Below are positions 1 to 10,043 of a stretch of 64,000 nucleotides of DNA, in pieces (position 1 is the first letter of the stretch; the number at the start of each line of letters is the position of its first letter). The stretch spans positions 64,378 to 128,377 of the forward strand of contig CAWIIE010000009.1 in the NCBI GenBank assembly GCA_963836025.1. Direction: 5' to 3'. The DNA is from an uncultured Actinomycetota bacterium (GTDB taxonomy: Bacteria > Actinomycetota > Actinomycetes > JBEVHX01). Both the position numbers and the translations under genes were made by a program. The notes under the pieces were generated by a model. It saw only the letters and a program-made list of their open reading frames with translations. It ran no database searches and was not told the DNA's origin.

Positions 1-1
1 C

Positions 2-692
2 GCCGCGCAGGCGATGGAAGCGGCCGCCGGTCACGTTCGGCCGGGTGTGACGACGGACGAACTCGACCGGGTCGGTCATGAGTTCTTGTGCGACCACGGT
101 GCATACCCGTCGACCCTCGGCTATCGCGGTTTCCCGAAGAGCCTGTGCACGTCGGTGAACGAGGTCATCTGTCACGGCATCCCGGATTCGACGGTCCTCG
201 TCGAGGGCGACATCGTGAACATCGACGTGACGGCGTTCATTCACGGCGTCCACGGCGACACCGACGCCACCTACCCGTCGGCGAAGTGGACGAGACCTCG
301 CGTCGCTCTGATCGACCGCACCCAGGAAGCGATGATGCGCGGCGTGCGCGCCGTCGCACCAGGTCGGGAGGTCAGCGTCATCGGCCGGGTCATCGAGACC
401 TACGCGCGCCGCTTCGGATACGGCACCGTGCACGACTTCACCGGGCACGGCATCGGCGAGGCGTTCCACTCCGGCCTCGCCATCCCGCACTACGACGAGC
501 CTACGGGCGACGACGGTGATGGAGGTCGGCATGACGTTCACGATCGAACCGATGCTGACCTTGGGCACGATCGACTACGACGTCTGGGATGACGGCTGGA
601 CTGTCGTCACGAAGGATCGCCGACGCAGCGCGCAGTTCGAGCACACTGTGGCGGTGACGCCGACAGGCGCCGACATCCTGACCCTGCCGTGA
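2..692 (+). pseudogene. map: Methionine aminopeptidase type I. The 5' end is cut by the window edge and the frame is broken in this sequence (compensated pair ~285-300, further shift ~505-520).
   Basis: ORF 14..592 reads ...[41 protein letters not shown]. The expected [10 protein letters not shown] segment lies in the frame of ORF 88..519. The C-terminus [59 protein letters not shown] reads in a third frame to TGA at 690-692. Confidence 0.85.
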
Positions 693-742
693 GCCTGCCC
701 GGATCGCGCACACGGGACGGCCGACGAGCCTAGGCTCATCCT

Positions 743-1512
743 GTGCCCACCAAGCCAACGACGACGTGGCCGAAGGATGTTCGCACGCTCGCGATCGACG
801 TCGGAGGCAGCGGCCTCAAGGCTTCGGTGCTCGACGCGGATGGCGTCATGCTGACCGAGCGGGTCCGCATCCCGACGCCCTACCCGTGCACCCCCGACGT
901 TCTGATCGCGACACTGCTCGAACTCATCAAGCCGTTGCCGGAGGCGCATCGGGTCGCGGTCGGCTTCCCTGGGCTGCTGCGCGACGGCGTGGTGGGATTC
1001 ACGCCGAACCTCTCGCGGCGCAAACCCGGAGAAGACCCGGACCCCGAGCTCAGCGAGTTGTGGCGCGGCTTCGATCTGGCGCGGGCGCTCGACGAGGCCT
1101 TCCACCTCCCGACGAAGGTGGCCAACGACGCCGACGTCCAGGGCTGCGGGTCGCCCAAGGCAAGGGCTTCGAGTTCGTCCTCACCCTTGGCACTGGCTGC
1201 GGCACGGCGTTGTTCTCGCACGGACGGCTGCAGCCGCACCTCGAGCTCGGGCATGCCCCGTTCCGGAAGGGCGAGACCTTCGAGGAGCAGATCGGGGACG
1301 AAGCCCGCAAGAGCATCGGTCACGAGCGTTGGGAACGCCGGGTCGTGAAGGCGTTGGCCGCATACGACACCTTCCTGTTCTATGACCACATCTACATCGG
1401 CGGCGGCAACGCGAAGCACATCAAGGCCGACATCGGTCCGAAGGCGACGATCGTCCCGAACAGCGCCGGGGTCACCGGTGGAGTCAAGCTGTGGGAGATG
1501 CAGGTGGACTAG
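743..1512 (+). pseudogene. ppgK: ROK-family polyphosphate glucokinase, one frameshift near 1145-1155
   Basis: GTG start at 743. The N-terminal part, LAIDVGGSGLKASVLD...VANDADVQGCG (ORF 743..1348), continues as GKGFEFVLTLGTGCGTALF...IYIGGGNAKHI in ORF 766..1512. Confidence 0.85.
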
Positions 1513-1570
1513 CTGCGCTACTAGTAATCGCTTCAACTATCTCGCTGATCTCCGCGTATCCTTCGCGTCC

Positions 1571-2095
1571 ATGGCAGCATCCCGCCGCGCCGCGCAGGCG
1601 ACGACCAGATGGCTCTCCGAGGACGAGCAGCGGTCGTGGCGCGCGTGGGTGTCGATGCACCTTCTCCTGGACGACCGGCTGCAGCGCGAGCTGCAGGGCG
1701 CGCACGGGCTGAGCCTTCCCGACTACGAGATCCTGGTGCGGCTGTCCGAGGCTCCCGATCGCCGGCTGCGGATGAGCGAGTTGGCCGACCTGGCATTGTC
1801 CTCGCGCAGCCGGCTGTCCCATCAGGTCACCAGGCTCGAGCAGGCCGGGCTCGTATGCCGGGTGGAGTGCACCAGCGACCGCCGAGGGTTCTTCGCCGTG
1901 CTGACCGACCACGGCTGGTCGGCGCTGGTCGACGCCGCACCGACCCATGTCACGGGTGTGCGCGAGCACCTCCTCGACCAGTTGACCCCCGAGGAGTTCG
2001 CGGCGCTGGGCAGGGCATGCGCCAAGGTGGTCGAGCACCTGCAGTCGCTGCCCGCCGGACCTGGGCAACGGTCGGTCGACGCCGTAAGCGCCTGA
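1571..2095 (+). CDS. MarR family transcriptional regulator
   Basis: ATG at 1571 inside ORF 1382..2095. The winged-HTH core is LSLPDYEILVRLSEAPDRRLRMSELADLALSSRSRLSHQVTRLEQAGLV. An AT-richer upstream region carries the palindrome TACTAGTA at 1519-1526. Confidence 0.85.
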   Translation: MAASRRAAQATTRWLSEDEQRSWRAWVSMHLLLDDRLQRELQGAHGLSLPDYEILVRLSEAPDRRLRMSELADLALSSRSRLSHQVTRLEQAGLVCRVECTSDRRGFFAVLTDHGWSALVDAAPTHVTGVREHLLDQLTPEEFAALGRACAKVVEHLQSLPAGPGQRSVDAVSA

Positions 2096-2114
2096 CGGAC
2101 ATCCCGCCGGCCGG

Positions 2115-2909
2115 TCACCCCGACGAGAGCGCCTGGTTCGCCGCAGCGGTGATCCCGGTGGCCACCATCACCGGCAACCCGATGACGGGCATCGCGACCG
2201 TCGGCCGGCACCCGGTCAGGTCGGGAAGCGTCACTGTCGGCGCTGGTGGCGGCGCCGGCGCTGGTGGCGGCGGCGGGTGGAGTGGCGCCGGCGTCGGAGA
2301 CGGAGTCGGCGCAGGAGCCGGTGGCGCGGGCGTCGACGCCGGCTGAGCTGGCCGCGGAGTGGCAGCCTTCGTGGGCGCTGGTGGTGGCGGCGGGCGCGGG
2401 TGGCGGAGGTGGAGGTGGAGGGGGCGCCGGAGGCGGTGCATTGACCGGCTGTCGGAACACCTGCGTCACCCAGACGACGCCGCGGCCGTCGACCGCCACA
2501 CCAACGCCGATCTCGGTGAACGCACCGTTGAGGATCGCCGCGCGGTGCGGCGACGACTCCATGAACGCCTGGTGGATCCGCTCGACGGTCGGCCCGTAGC
2601 CGACGTTCTCCCCCGCCGTCCGATACCCGGTGATCTGACTGAAGACGTTCGGGTTGTGGGCGAGCTGACCGGTCGCGGCCATGTGCTGTGACCACCCCTG
2701 CGCGACGGAACTGAGGTCACCGCGCAACGAGACCGGCGCCAACCGGCCGCGGCGCGCTCGCCATTGACCAGCGCGACCACCGTGCCCGGATCGGTGCCCG
2801 CCTCGGCCGGGGCAACCGGGACAAACAGGCCGGCGAGCAGGACGACGGCCGCCACCGGAACATGGACCAGCCCGTGCGGGGGGTGCACGTTCTCGACCCT
2901 AGGCCCCAT
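2115..2909 (-). pseudogene. Secreted CAP/SCP (PR-1-like) domain protein with a proline-rich linker and a C-terminal hydrophobic anchor. Frameshifts near ~2745 and ~2440.
   Basis: Signal-like N-terminus MGPRVENVHPPHGLVHVPVAAVVLLAGLFVPVAPAEA is in ORF 2466..3104. The CAP core LSSVAQGWSQHMAATGQLAHNPN...GENVGYG...FMESSPHRAAILNGAFTEIGVGV is in ORF 1822..2742. The poly-Pro tail ending VAMPVIGLPVMVATGITAAA is in ORF 2115..2441. Confidence 0.6.
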
Positions 2910-3128
2910 CGACCGGCGCACCGCTGCCTGACCTCGAACCGCCCACTTCGTGGGGTGCAGCTCCACGTAGACGTGGAGCGCAACCCCAGCACGTGGAGCC
3001 GGGAATCGGACGAGCACTCCACGGACGTTCGGGTGATGCCCAAGCAGGTCCAGCTTCGGGACCATGACGCGCACGGCCCCCGCTTCCTCTGGGGGCCGTG
3101 CCATGTTCCGGGGGTGAGGGGATGTTCA

Positions 3129-3398
3129 GTGGAATGGCGCGCCGTAGTGACCGTGGACTTGTCGGAGCCGATCACCGACGAGCAGATGTTCGGCAGTCTC
3201 GAGCACTTGAGGGGTGTCGATGGAAGCCTCGGCTTCCACGAGGGCCGGAGCCGGGTTGAGTTCACCGTCTCGCACGAGTACGAGTCGGAGGCCCAGGCGG
3301 TCCGCGAGTTGACTCTCTCGGTACTGATGGCGCTGACCACGGTGGGCGCACCGGTGGAGACGGTCGAGACGGAAGCCTCGCCCGCGATCAACCGCTAG
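3129..3398 (+). CDS. Small hypothetical protein (89 aa)
   Basis: GTG at 3129 preceded by GAGGGG. Only the acidic C-terminal part of ORF 2862..3398 (VEWRAVVTVDLSEPITDEQMFGSLEHLRGVDGSLGFHEGRSRVEFTVSHEYESEAQAVRELTLSV...) looks protein-like. No family recognised. Confidence 0.3.
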   Translation: MEWRAVVTVDLSEPITDEQMFGSLEHLRGVDGSLGFHEGRSRVEFTVSHEYESEAQAVRELTLSVLMALTTVGAPVETVETEASPAINR

Positions 3399-3493
3399 GC
3401 CGCGAGGCACTCGCCCGCTCTCGTTGTGCCTTCCCCGGCCGATATGCGAAGCGGGGAGCCACAAGGACGCCCGGTGTATGCCCGATCGCGGGA

Positions 3494-3890
3494 CGGACGA
3501 GTTGGCCTGTACGCCGGGTTCTGTCCACGGGCGCCTTACGGCCTCCCGATGGGCGGTCATCCATCTCGGCCTGCCGTTGCCGACAGGCTCTAGCGGTCTA
3601 CCCGGGAGCTCGGGCGGGCCGCCCTCGAACGCTCCCTGTCTGACCTTGCTCCGGGTGGGGTTTACCGAGCCGTCCGAGTCACCTCGGACGCTGGTGGTCT
3701 CTTACACCACCGTTTCACCCTGACCGGTCGACCCTGCTCCGCGGTCGGCGCCGGCGGTCTGCTTTCTGTGGCACTGTCCCGCGGGTCACCCCGGGTGGGC
3801 GTTACCCACCACCCTGCCCTGTGGAGCCCGGACGTTCCTCGGCGGGTGCCTCGACGACACCCGACGCGACCGCCCGGCCAACTCGTCCGT
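3494..3890 (-). ncRNA. rnpB: RNase P RNA, bacterial type A
   Basis: The reverse complement begins GACGAGTTGGCCGGGCGGTCGCG...GAGGAACGTCCGGGCTCCACAGGGCAGGGTGGTGGGTAACGCCCACCC. It contains ...GGTGAAACGGTGGTGTAAGAGACCACCAG... and ends ...ACAGAACCCGGCGTACAGGCCAACTCGTC, so the P1 strands pair. The conserved GAGGAA-GUCCGGGCUCCA core is present. Confidence 0.9.
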
Positions 3891-3895
3891 CGTGC

Positions 3896-5336
3896 TCAGG
3901 GTAGATCGAGCCGGACGAGCGGCGAACCGCACCGACGCGCTTCGACCGGGTCGGCCTCCTCGACCCGCACCCGGACCGCGGCCCCGAGCTCTAGGTCGCC
4001 GTCGCACCTGGCCATCACCGCCGGCTCGCCTGAGCATGACCGTGCCGCCGCCCTTCTCGTGCACGTCGACGACGACCCCCTCGAAGACGGCCCCAACCGA
4101 GCCCTCGAGCACCACGGCCTCCATCAGCTCGACGACGGCACGCTCCAGTGCGTTCTGCCGGCGGTCGGACTCCTCCATCACCGCGGGCAGCGCGGGCAGC
4201 CCCTCGACGACCCACGGCGGGCACCGGGTCGCCGGCGCTCAGCGCCAGGCAGGCCTCGGTCGCATACCGGTCGACCAGTCGGCGCAGCGGCGCGGTGACG
4301 TGCGCGTACGGCGCCGCCACCGCGGCGTGCTTGATCTGTCCGCGCGCCTCCCGTCGACCAGGGTGTATGCGGCGCCGCGGAACAGCACCGACGCCTCGTC
4401 CAGGAAGGCCGCCTGCTGCGCGGTCGAGCCGTCGAGGCGGGCCAGCAACGCGCCGTACGACTCGTCGTCCGGCCAGTCGATCCCGAGCCCGCGGGCGACC
4501 AGCCGCAGACGGTCGACGTCTCGTCGGTCCGCGTCCGGCATGGTGCGCAGGATCCCGACGCCGCCGTCCAGCATGATGCGCGCGGCGGCCATCCCGGTGA
4601 GCAACGAGAGCTGCGCGTTCCACGACCTCGCAGGGGACCGGCGTGCGGTAGCGCAACGTCCAGCCATCGCCGTGCTGGAGCCACCTCCTGCTCGGGCACG
4701 CGCAGGCTCATGCCCCCGCGCTCGGCGCTCCAGCGCGAGCCGCTGCTCCCCGACCTCCGTGAGCAGCACGAGCAGCTCGTCGTCGCGTGCCGGCGTCGAT
4801 CTGCTGCTGCACGCCGTCGTAGTCCAGCCGCCGTACGCTGCGGACCCGCGCGCGTCGCACGTCGACAGCGGTCTGCTCGCCAGCGGCGTCCAGGTCGATG
4901 GTCCACACGACCGCGTCGCGCACCTGGTCGGGCAACAACGACGCCGCGCCCTCCGACAGCACGGTCGGGTGCAACGGGGCGCGGCTGTCCGGGCTGTACA
5001 ACGTCATGCCCCGGGTGTGCGCCTCGACATCGACGGGTCCGCCTGGCTCGACGACGGCCGCCACGTCGGCGATCGCATACCGCACCCGGACGCCGTCCCC
5101 GCTGCGCTCGAGATGGAAGGCCTGGTCGAGATCCATCGAGCCGACCGGGTCGAGCGTCGCGAACGGCACCGCGGTGAGGTCCTCCCGATCACCGGACGGT
5201 TCGCGGCCAGCGGCTTGAGCCGCGGCGGCTTCAACCTCGGGAGGGAAGCCTGCTCGGGCACGTCGAGCTCGTGGCGGAGGGCGCGGAACGACTCGGTGAG
5301 ATCCCGGGTCGGGTTCGTCACGCGACGGCGGGCCAC
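3896..5336 (-). pseudogene. RNB-domain exoribonuclease (RNase II/R family), at least 4 frameshifts
   Basis: The pieces run in order through ORFs 5004..5336, 4708..5388 (DLDQAFHLERSGDGVRVRYAIADVAAVV...EAHTRGMTLYSPDSRAPLHPTVLSEGAASLLPDQVRDAV), 4239..4769, 4015..4656 (HAAVAAPYAHVTAPLRRLVDRYATEACLAL), 3786..4181 and 3896..4096 (stop at 3896). Confidence 0.75.
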
Positions 5337-5472
5337 ACGTGAAACCTATGGGCTGTCGCGGCGCGTCTGACCTTACGTCTCCGAACAATCACGATCCGGC
5401 GCAGATCGGCAGCAACCGGGCCATTTCGCGCCTACCGTGATCGGACGACATCTGGGTACGGGAGGCACAGCG

Positions 5473-6381
5473 ATGCGACGAGCGGCGATCGCGGCGGTGG
5501 CGATGGTCGCCGGCGCGGGGCTGCTGCTCACCGGCTGTTCGCCGGGGGATGCCGCCACGTCGAACGCCGACCCGGCCGCCAACCCAGCACCACCGCGACC
5601 GCGACACCGACGCCGACGGCGACCCGCACACCGCAGCCGACGCCCACGCCGCAGCCGCCCACGCCGACCCCGCCACCCACCCCCACCGAGACGGCGAGCC
5701 CGCCGCCGCGCCGCACCGCCCGTCACACCGACACCGGAACCGCCGCCCCCGCCGCCCCCACCACCGCCGACGCCGAAGACCACCTGGGCCCGCGGGGACT
5801 CCGGCCCGCAGGTCGAGGCGATCCAGCAGAAGCTGCGCGACCTCGGCTACCGCCCGGGACCGGTGGACGGCAGCTACGGCGCCGCGACCGCATCGGCGGT
5901 GCTGGCATTCCAGAAGCGTGAGGGCCTGAGCCGGGACGGTCGCGCCGGGCCGCAGACCCTCGGCCGACTCGACGCACCGCAAGGCGCCGGGCCGCGCTCG
6001 GCCGACGGGCCGGCGATCGAGGTCGACCTGGGCCGGCAAATCGCGTTCGTGATGGACGGCAGCGGCGCGGTGACGACCCTGAACGTCTCCACCGGCAACG
6101 GCGAGCGGTACACCCGTCCGCCGGAGGCCGGCGGCGGCACCGGCGTCGCGAACACGCCGGTCGGCAGCTACTCCGTGCAGCGACGCATCGACGGCTGGCG
6201 GGACGGTCCGCTCGGTCTGATGTACCAGCCGATGTACTTCAAGGGCGGCTTCGCGGTGCACGGCTCCCACTCGGTACCGGCGTACCCCGCCAGCCACGGC
6301 TGCGTGCGCGTCTCGATCGCCGACTCCGAATGGGTCTGGGACACCATCCCCAACCGAGCGCCGGTGACGCTGTACCGCTGA
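5473..6381 (+). CDS. L,D-transpeptidase (YkuD) lipoprotein with a PG_binding_1 domain. The linker appears to contain a compensated frameshift pair (~5585 and ~5705).
   Basis: GGAGG lies 8 nt before ATG 5473. Lipobox LLLTGCSP is present. PG-binding motif: GDSGPQVEAIQQKLRDLGYRPGPVDGSYGAATASAVLAFQKREGL. Catalytic motif: HGSHSVPAYPASHGCVRV. The Arg-rich linker in the annotated frame reads as a Thr/Pro linker (STTATATPTPTATRTPQPTPTPQPPTPTPPPTPTE) in the +1 frame. Confidence 0.85.
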   Translation: MRRAAIAAVAMVAGAGLLLTGCSPGDAATSNADPAANPAPPRPRHRRRRRPAHRSRRPRRSRPRRPRHPPPPRRRARRRAAPPVTPTPEPPPPPPPPPPTPKTTWARGDSGPQVEAIQQKLRDLGYRPGPVDGSYGAATASAVLAFQKREGLSRDGRAGPQTLGRLDAPQGAGPRSADGPAIEVDLGRQIAFVMDGSGAVTTLNVSTGNGERYTRPPEAGGGTGVANTPVGSYSVQRRIDGWRDGPLGLMYQPMYFKGGFAVHGSHSVPAYPASHGCVRVSIADSEWVWDTIPNRAPVTLYR

Positions 6382-6400
6382 CCCGAACGCGCGGACGGCG

Positions 6401-7488
6401 CTACTCGAGGTACGACACGTCGTTGAAGTGCCGCAGGGATGCGCCGCCGTCCGGCCACCATTGCACGGTGGTGAGCGAGGCCGGGGACAGCTCCATCCGG
6501 AACAGCGAGGACAACGGCGCGCCGAGCGCGTCCGCGACCAACACCTTGATCGGCGTGACGTGGCTGACCACCACCACGTGCTGGCCGGCCCACTGCTCCA
6601 GCAGGGCCTGCCGCGCTTCGACGACGCGGGCGGCCACAGCCGACAGGCTCTCGCCGTCCGGCGGTGCGATCTTCGGTGACTCCTGCCAGGCCGCCAGCTC
6701 ATCCGGCCAGCGCTGCGCGACCTCCGCATACGTCAGCCCGTCCCACACACCGAAGGAACATTCGCGCCAGGCATCGTCAACGAGCGGCTCGACTGCCGAT
6801 GCGTGCACTCAGCTCCTGCGCGGTCTGTCGCGCCCGCAGGAGCGGTGACGTGACCACGGCCGCGACCGCCCCGCGGGCCGCGACGACCTCGGCCGCGCGA
6901 CGTGCTTGGGCCACCCCGGCCGCGGACAGCGGCAGGTCATCTCCGCCGGACCCGCTGAACCGCCGCGCGACCGTGTGCTCCGTGACGCCGTGGCGCAGCA
7001 GCGACAACGTCACCGGCGTGCCGACCGCGCCCGACCAGCCGCGAGCCGTCCCCACCGGCTTGTTCGCCGTGGTCGACTCGGCGACTCCCCCGTCAAGGGC
7101 CGCATTGAGCAGCCGGTCCGCGTGTTTGTTCTGTTCTCGCGGTACCCAGACGTAGCTGACCCGGCCCGGCGGCAGAGACGTCGCGCGCTTCGCGGGCGAG
7201 CAGTCGCATGTCGGGATGCTTGATCTGCCACCGGCCGGACATCTGCTCGACCACGAGCTTGGAGTCCATGCGCACCTCGACGGTTGCGTCCGGGTCGATC
7301 GCGCGAGCGGCTTCGAGACCGGCGATGAGTCCGCGGTACTCGGCGACGTTGTTCGACGCGACCCCGATGACGTCGGCTCGCTCGTCGAGCACCGAGCCGG
7401 TCTCGGCGTCCTTGACCACGGCGCCGTATGCGGCCGGCCCGGGGTTGCCGCGCGATCCGCCGTCCGCCTCGACGATCAGGCGGGTCAC
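6401..7488 (-). pseudogene. Bifunctional RNase H / histidine-phosphatase (Rv2228c-like), frameshifts near ~7190 and ~6800
   Basis: GTG 7488 overlaps the upstream stop (GTGA). The RNase H part is LIVEADGGSRGNPGPAAYGAVV...VASNNVAEYRGLIAGLEAA...MDSKLVVEQMSGRWQIKHPDM. It continues VSYVWVPREQNKHADRLLNAALDG in another frame. The phosphatase part is VTLSLLRHGVTEHT...VVVVSHVTPIK (ORFs 6777..7055 and 6401..6808). Confidence 0.85.
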
Positions 7489-8263
7489 AGTCCCGACTCG
7501 TCGATCCGGACGAGGATCCGCCGGCACTCCTCGCAGCGCAGCACCTCCTCGGGGGCCGCGGCGCGGATGCGTCCGATGTCGCTGGCGTTGAGCTCGAGCC
7601 GGCAGCCGGCGCAGCGACGCTGACGCAACGGTGCGGCGCCGACGCCGTCGAGGTCACGACGCAGCTTCTCGTACAGCGCCAGCAGGTCGCTGGGCACGTC
7701 GTTGACGACGCCGGCCCGCTGTTCCTGCGCGACCGCGATCTCCTTGTCGATGTCGACCACGGCCTGCTCGCGTCGAGTGACGGCGTTCGCGTGCGCCTGC
7801 GCGGCGGTCGTCTGGTCCGCTGCGCAGCTGCTGCGAGCCGCCCCTGCGTCGCCTCGAGGCGTTCCATCACCTCGAGCTCGATCTCCTCCAGGTCGCCCTG
7901 CCGCCGCGCGAGCGAGCCGATCTCGTGCTGCAGCGACTCCAGCTCCTTGGCGCTGGTGATCCCGCCGGAGGTCAGCCGCTGCTGGTCGCGGGCAGCGCGC
8001 AGCCGAACCTGTTCCACGTCCGCCTCGGACTTGGCCAGCTCCCGCTGCAGGTCGGACTCCTCGGTCTCGGCGGCGACGATCTGGTCGCGCAGCCGAACCA
8101 GCTCGGCATCGAGGCGCTCGATCTCGGCGTGCTCGGGCAGGGTCCGGCGCCGGTGCTCGAGCTGGTCGACGTGTGAGTCGTGCTCTTGGACCTCGAGCAG
8201 GATCAGCTGGGCGGTCGGGTCTGCGTTCAGCGGGAGCTCCTCGAAGGCTGGTGCAGTGACCAT
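7485..8263 (-). pseudogene. Coiled-coil C4 zinc-ribbon protein (COG1579 / Rv2229c-like), frameshift near ~7790
   Basis: The N-terminal coiled coil MVTAPAFEELPLNADPTAQLILLEVQEHDSHVDQLEHRRRTLPEHAEIERL... lies in ORF 7010..8362. The C-terminus ...LLALYEKLRRDLDGVGAAPLRQRRCAGCRLELNASDIGRIRAAAPEEVLRCEECRRILV lies in ORF 7485..7760. Confidence 0.75.
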
Positions 8264-9380
8264 GGGTCGGTCGGGATGGTCGAGACGCGGGTGTCCACCG
8301 TAGCCCCGGCCGCTGTGACCTCGGCGGCGAGGCGGCGGGCCGCGTCCGAGAGCCACGGCCACTCGCTGGCCCAGTGGGTCACGTCGATGACTGCCGGCCC
8401 GCCCTCGGCGAGGTGGTCCGAGACCGGGTGGTGCCGCAGATCCCCGGTCACGTATGCGTCGGCGCCCGCTCGGTGGGCCGCGGACAGCAACGAGTCCCCG
8501 GCACCGCCGCAGACCGCGACCGACTCGACGATGGTGTCCGGGTCACCGGCCGCGCGCACGCCGACCGCGGTCGCGGGCAGCGACGCGGCGATCGACGCCG
8601 TGAAGTCGGCCAGCGTCATCGGGGTCGGGAGCCGGCCCACCCGACCGATCCCCGTCCGGCCCGGCAGCGCGGCGAGCTCGACGACGTCGAAGGCCGGCTC
8701 CTCGTACGGATGCGCGCGTCGCAGCGCCTCGATCGCGTCGGCGCGGCGCCGCCGCGGCACGACCATCTCCAGCCGGTGCTCGGCACCCGCTCGACGTTGC
8801 CGACCCGACCGGTCGTTGGGTGCGCGCCCGGCAGCGGGCGGAAGGTCCCCTCCCCATCGGTCGTCCAGGCGCAGCGTTCGTAGTCGCCGATCACGCCCGC
8901 GCCGACCGCCGCGAGCGCGTCGATGACGTCATCGAGCGCATCATGCGGAACGAACGTGACCAGCTTGTCGCTCGGCTCGGTCGGCCTCGCCGACAGCGGC
9001 GCCAGGTCGACCAGTCCGATGCTTTCGGCCAGCGCGTCGCTGACGCCGGGGTCCGCCGCATCCGCGTTCGTATGCGCACAGTGCAACGCGACCTCGTGCC
9101 GGATGAGGGTGTGCACCAACCGTCCACGCGCGGTCGTGGCGGCGACGCTGTGGACCGGGCGGAGCAGCAGCGGGTGGTGCGTGACCACGAGGTCCGCCCC
9201 CCACGCGATGGCTTCCTCGACCACGGCGGCAACCGGGTCCACTGCGAACAGCACCTTGCTGACCGGGTTGGCGGGCTCGCCGCATACCAGGCCCACCGCG
9301 TCCCAGTCCTCGGCGGTGCTCGGGTCGTACAGCCGGTCGAAGGCGGCCACGACATCGTCGACGGTCAGACCTGCGGGCAC
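8227..9380 (-). pseudogene. Nif3-like dinuclear metal centre protein (Rv2230c-like), frameshift near ~8770
   Basis: ORF 8616..9677 contains AEDWDAVGLVCGEPANPVSKVLFAVDPVAAVVEEAIAWGADLVVTHHPLLL...ALHCAHTNADAA. ORF 8227..8766 contains the C-terminal half ...VAVCGGAGDSLLSAAHRAGADAYVTGDLRHH. Confidence 0.85.
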
Positions 9381-9437
9381 GACGCGCAGGCTACCCAGCG
9401 ATCCGGGCCGGGTCCGCGTGCGCGGTGACTCACGGGG

Positions 9438-9511
9438 TGGGCCCGGGCGGGCTCGAACCGCCGACCCCTGGTTTGTAAGACCAGTGCTCTGACCAACTGA
9501 GCTACAGGCCC
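9438..9511 (-). tRNA. tRNA-Val (anticodon TAC)
   Basis: The reverse complement GGGCCTGTAGCTCAGTTGGTCAGAGCACTGGTCTTACAAACCAGGGGTCGGCGGTTCGAGCCCGCCCGGGCCCA folds as a cloverleaf. The anticodon loop is CTTACAA. CCA is not encoded. Confidence 0.95.
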
Positions 9512-9686
9512 CGAGGCTGGCCCACGATACGTCGAGAGCGGAGGTCCACGCAGTCTGGAGGCCGTTGCCACCGGAGTCTCGGGCCAGCGGCGGCAGCGGC
9601 CTTGCGGGACAGCAAACACCTACCGCAGCAGAATGTGCACCCCCTTGGCGGCCATCGGGCAGCCATGGGTCAACCAAGCGGCAGCC

Positions 9687-10034
9687 TTATGCGGGGCTTT
9701 GCGGCATTTTCTGCTCCGCGCGGCCGAACGCTCGATCGAGTGCCGCCGCCACCTCCCGCTGCAACTCAGTGCGGCCGTCGCGTCCGATGTGGTCGGCCGC
9801 TGTCGGCGCCTGCGTCCACTCGCGCCCGCAGCCGCGGCATACGGTCGTCCCGAGCCGGCGGACCAAGGCGGTCGAGCCGCAGCCCGGACACTGGTCGAGA
9901 TCGGCGGTCCAGTCCCGGTCGCGCTGGCACTCCGGACAGACCAGGACCTGCTCGCCGCCGCGTACCCCGCGCCGCCAGGGGCTGGCGCCGCGCACCGGGT
10001 CCACCTGTCGCGCGCCGCAGCGGTAGCAGCCCAT
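9687..10034 (-). CDS. Cys-rich zinc-ribbon hypothetical protein, immediately downstream of ahpE
   Basis: Internal ATG of ORF 9687..10091 gives MGCYRCGARQVDP...LVCPECQRDRDWTADLDQCPGCGSTALVRRLGTTVCRGCGREW, with four CxxC pairs. It starts 9 nt after the ahpE stop. Confidence 0.55.
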   Translation of the reverse strand: MGCYRCGARQVDPVRGASPWRRGVRGGEQVLVCPECQRDRDWTADLDQCPGCGSTALVRRLGTTVCRGCGREWTQAPTAADHIGRDGRTELQREVAAALDRAFGRAEQKMPQSPA

Positions 10035-10043
10035 GGCTCGACC

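Noticed and set aside
2115-2200. LPDLTG near the C-terminus of the CAP-domain protein considered as an LPXTG sortase signal.
   Set aside because: The motif has an extra residue. The hydrophobic segment is followed by NQALSSG rather than a positively charged tail. No sortase gene is nearby. I call it only a C-terminal membrane anchor.
5337-5472. Possible cyclic-di-AMP (ydaO-type) riboswitch upstream of the L,D-transpeptidase gene.
   Set aside because: The region is only ~135 nt and lacks the paired ACGGGG / CCGA-type conserved blocks I would expect. No convincing pseudo-symmetric fold could be drawn by hand.
5560-5720. The extremely Arg-rich segment (PRPRHRRRRRPAHRSRRPRRSRPRRPRH...) of the L,D-transpeptidase considered as a real feature.
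   Set aside because: The +1 frame of the same bases gives a typical Thr/Pro lipoprotein linker. This is better explained as a compensated frameshift pair.
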